Origin: Neocallimastix sp. 'constans'
Taxonomy: Eukaryota
NCBI GenBank assembly: GCA_050613775.1
Contig: JBODTK010000016.1
Location: 1,426,001-1,490,000, forward strand
DNA: 64,000 bases
Direction of reading: 5' to 3'
Numbering within the stretch: the stretch's first letter is position 1; each line of letters opens with the position of its first letter. Both the position numbers and the translations under genes were made by a program. Under the pieces are notes generated by a model. It worked only from the letters and a program-made list of their open reading frames with translations. It had not been told where the DNA came from and searched no databases. Shown here piece by piece: positions 61,720 to 64,000 of this stretch.

Positions 61720-64000
61720 TTTCTTGACTAAAGTCAAAATATTAAATATATAATAGATATTATAATCAGATTACTTAGTATTTTTTATTATTAATAATAA
61801 TTTTTAGTATTAAATATTATTACAATTTTAATTTATTTATTGACTTTATTATGTAACTTTTTTTAACTTTAGTATATATAACTAATAAATTCTAATTCTA
61901 ATTCTTTATTTTATATTTATATCCACTATTTATTTTATTTAATTTCTTTATTTTTTTCAATTCTTTTTTCATTTCTTCTATTATTTTTCATAAAACTTAT
62001 TTTTATTTTTTATTTATTTATTTATTTATTTATTTATTTTTTTTTTTACTTCTTCCATTCTTATGTTTTTAATTTAAAAAAAAAAGAAAAAAATATGTTT
62101 AGTTAATATTAAAAAAAATTTAATATATAACTAATAATACCATATTTAGATAATCTCTTTATTATTATTTATTTTATTTTATTTTATTAAGTGAAAGTTT
62201 ATTTTTAAGTTTTCATAAAAAAAAGAAGAAAAAACAAAAAGGAAAAAAAAAATAAATATTTCTTATTCTAGTAATATTTATAAATAATAAGTCATCCTTA
62301 ATATAGGATTATAATTATAATATTCTAATCAATGGAATTGATATATACTATTATTATTTAGTATTAGTAATATTATTCATGAATGTCATAATTTATAATT
62401 GTTTTATTTAAACTTATATGCATATTTTATTTATATTTAAATGCACATTTTATAATTTTTTATATATATATTTTATAATTATTTATATTTATGTTTATAT
62501 AAATATTTATTTTTTTTAAAAAAATAAAAAAAAAAAAAAAGCAAAAAATGCAATCTTTACCGAACATACCGAATAAGGATTTCATTGAAAAGGAAAAATT
62601 ATTTTAAATAAATTAAAAAGCATAATATTAAAAATAAACTTTATTTCTATAGGAATAGATTTAAGGTTAATAAACTTTAATTAAGCATTCAAAAGTATAT
62701 ATTAAAAAATATATATAATTTTATTATATATTTTTAAATGTATCTATTCTTATTCAATTAAGAATTTTATATGTGCATTCCTAAATCATTGCTAATGTTA
62801 ATATATGTATAATATATAGGTCTATTTGAATTAAAGATATAGATATTATTTATTATTATTATATTCTATTATATAAGAAATAAGAAAAAAAAAAAGGTAA
62901 CAAGAAAAAAAAACATCTATCCATATATAAATGAAAGATTCTATATATTATTAAATTTAAGTAGAGTTTAAAAATTATAATTATTATATAAAATATATAT
63001 GAAAAATAAATAATTATAATTATATAACTTTATATAATTATTTTGAATTATAATTTATATAAATTATATAATTAGTTGAATTTAAAAGAATATAACTTTT
63101 TTTTTTTATTTTTTTTAACATTTTTATTAAAATTGATGTATCCTTTTTATTATTTAATTTTTTTTTTTTTTTTTTTTTACTATTTTTATTAATATTATCA
63201 TTAACATTATTATTATTATTTTAATATGACTATAAATTGATAATTTGATTATGATTTCATTAATATTAATAAAAAAAAAGGAAAAGACTATTTTCTGTAT
63301 TTTTATTATTTATTTATTTATTTATATATGGATAGATTTATATTTAAAAGAAAAAAAAAATATATATTTAAATATATAAATATATATATAATTTTTTTTT
63401 AATTATTTCCATTTTGGATGGATTGTGGACAAAGTGAATTGTTGTGTAAAAAAGGATGACATAAACAAAAAATTATTCAGATAAAATTTATTTATTTATT
63501 TTTTCCAAATAAAATAAAAAAAAAAAAGGATATTATAATAAAATAAAAAGATATAAGTAAAAAATAAGTGAATAATGAATGAATATATAAAAAAAAAATT
63601 TATCTATATCAATAGTTCATATAGAATATATCCTTTAAAAAAAAAAAATGAAAAGAAAAGAAAAAAATTATTTAAAAAAAAATTATAATATATATTTATA
63701 TATTTATATATATTTATTATTATTTTTATTATTTTTTTTTTGTTCCATCTTTACTATATAATTATCTTTGAATGGCTTTTCCTTTAATGAAATAGAACTA
63801 TACTTTTATTTTTATTTTTTTTTTATTAATTAATTAATTAATTAATGAATTGTAAACTTCTTTTTTATCAACTAATTTGATTATTTCCATTTTATTTCTA
63901 TTCTATTTCAATTTTATTTCAATTTTATTTATTAAGTAAAAAAAAAAAAAAAAATTGGGACTTTTTAATTTATTTCATTTTTATTGTGGTTCATTTATTA

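Overview
Extremely AT-rich, intron-containing eukaryotic DNA. The fungal-type proteins, long homopolymer runs and (TTA)n/(TTTA)n tracts suggest an anaerobic gut fungus (Neocallimastigomycota); this is an inference. Splicing exons by hand gave eight protein-coding genes with consistent reading-frame phase: RPS7 (single coding exon, 5'-UTR intron), a DBP2/p68 DEAD-box helicase with an unusual N-terminal RS/RD-repeat domain, a PIM/PASK-type Ser/Thr kinase, a SNF5/SFH1 subunit with a C-terminal GATA finger, a two-exon coiled-coil protein with a Roco-C-terminal-like domain, a SEC4/Rab8 GTPase, a 14-exon MED1 and a low-complexity hypothetical protein. The ORF track misses SEC4 and most of MED1. Mobile DNA comprises four decayed relics of one LINE-type RT family and one internally deleted Ty1/copia element with recognisable LTRs and a 5-bp TSD. 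The most structured unexplained feature is a convergent inverted array of ~38-39-bp repeats with a TGGC-N5-GCCA dyad at 54.1-55.1 kb. No tRNA, rRNA or CRISPR array was supported.
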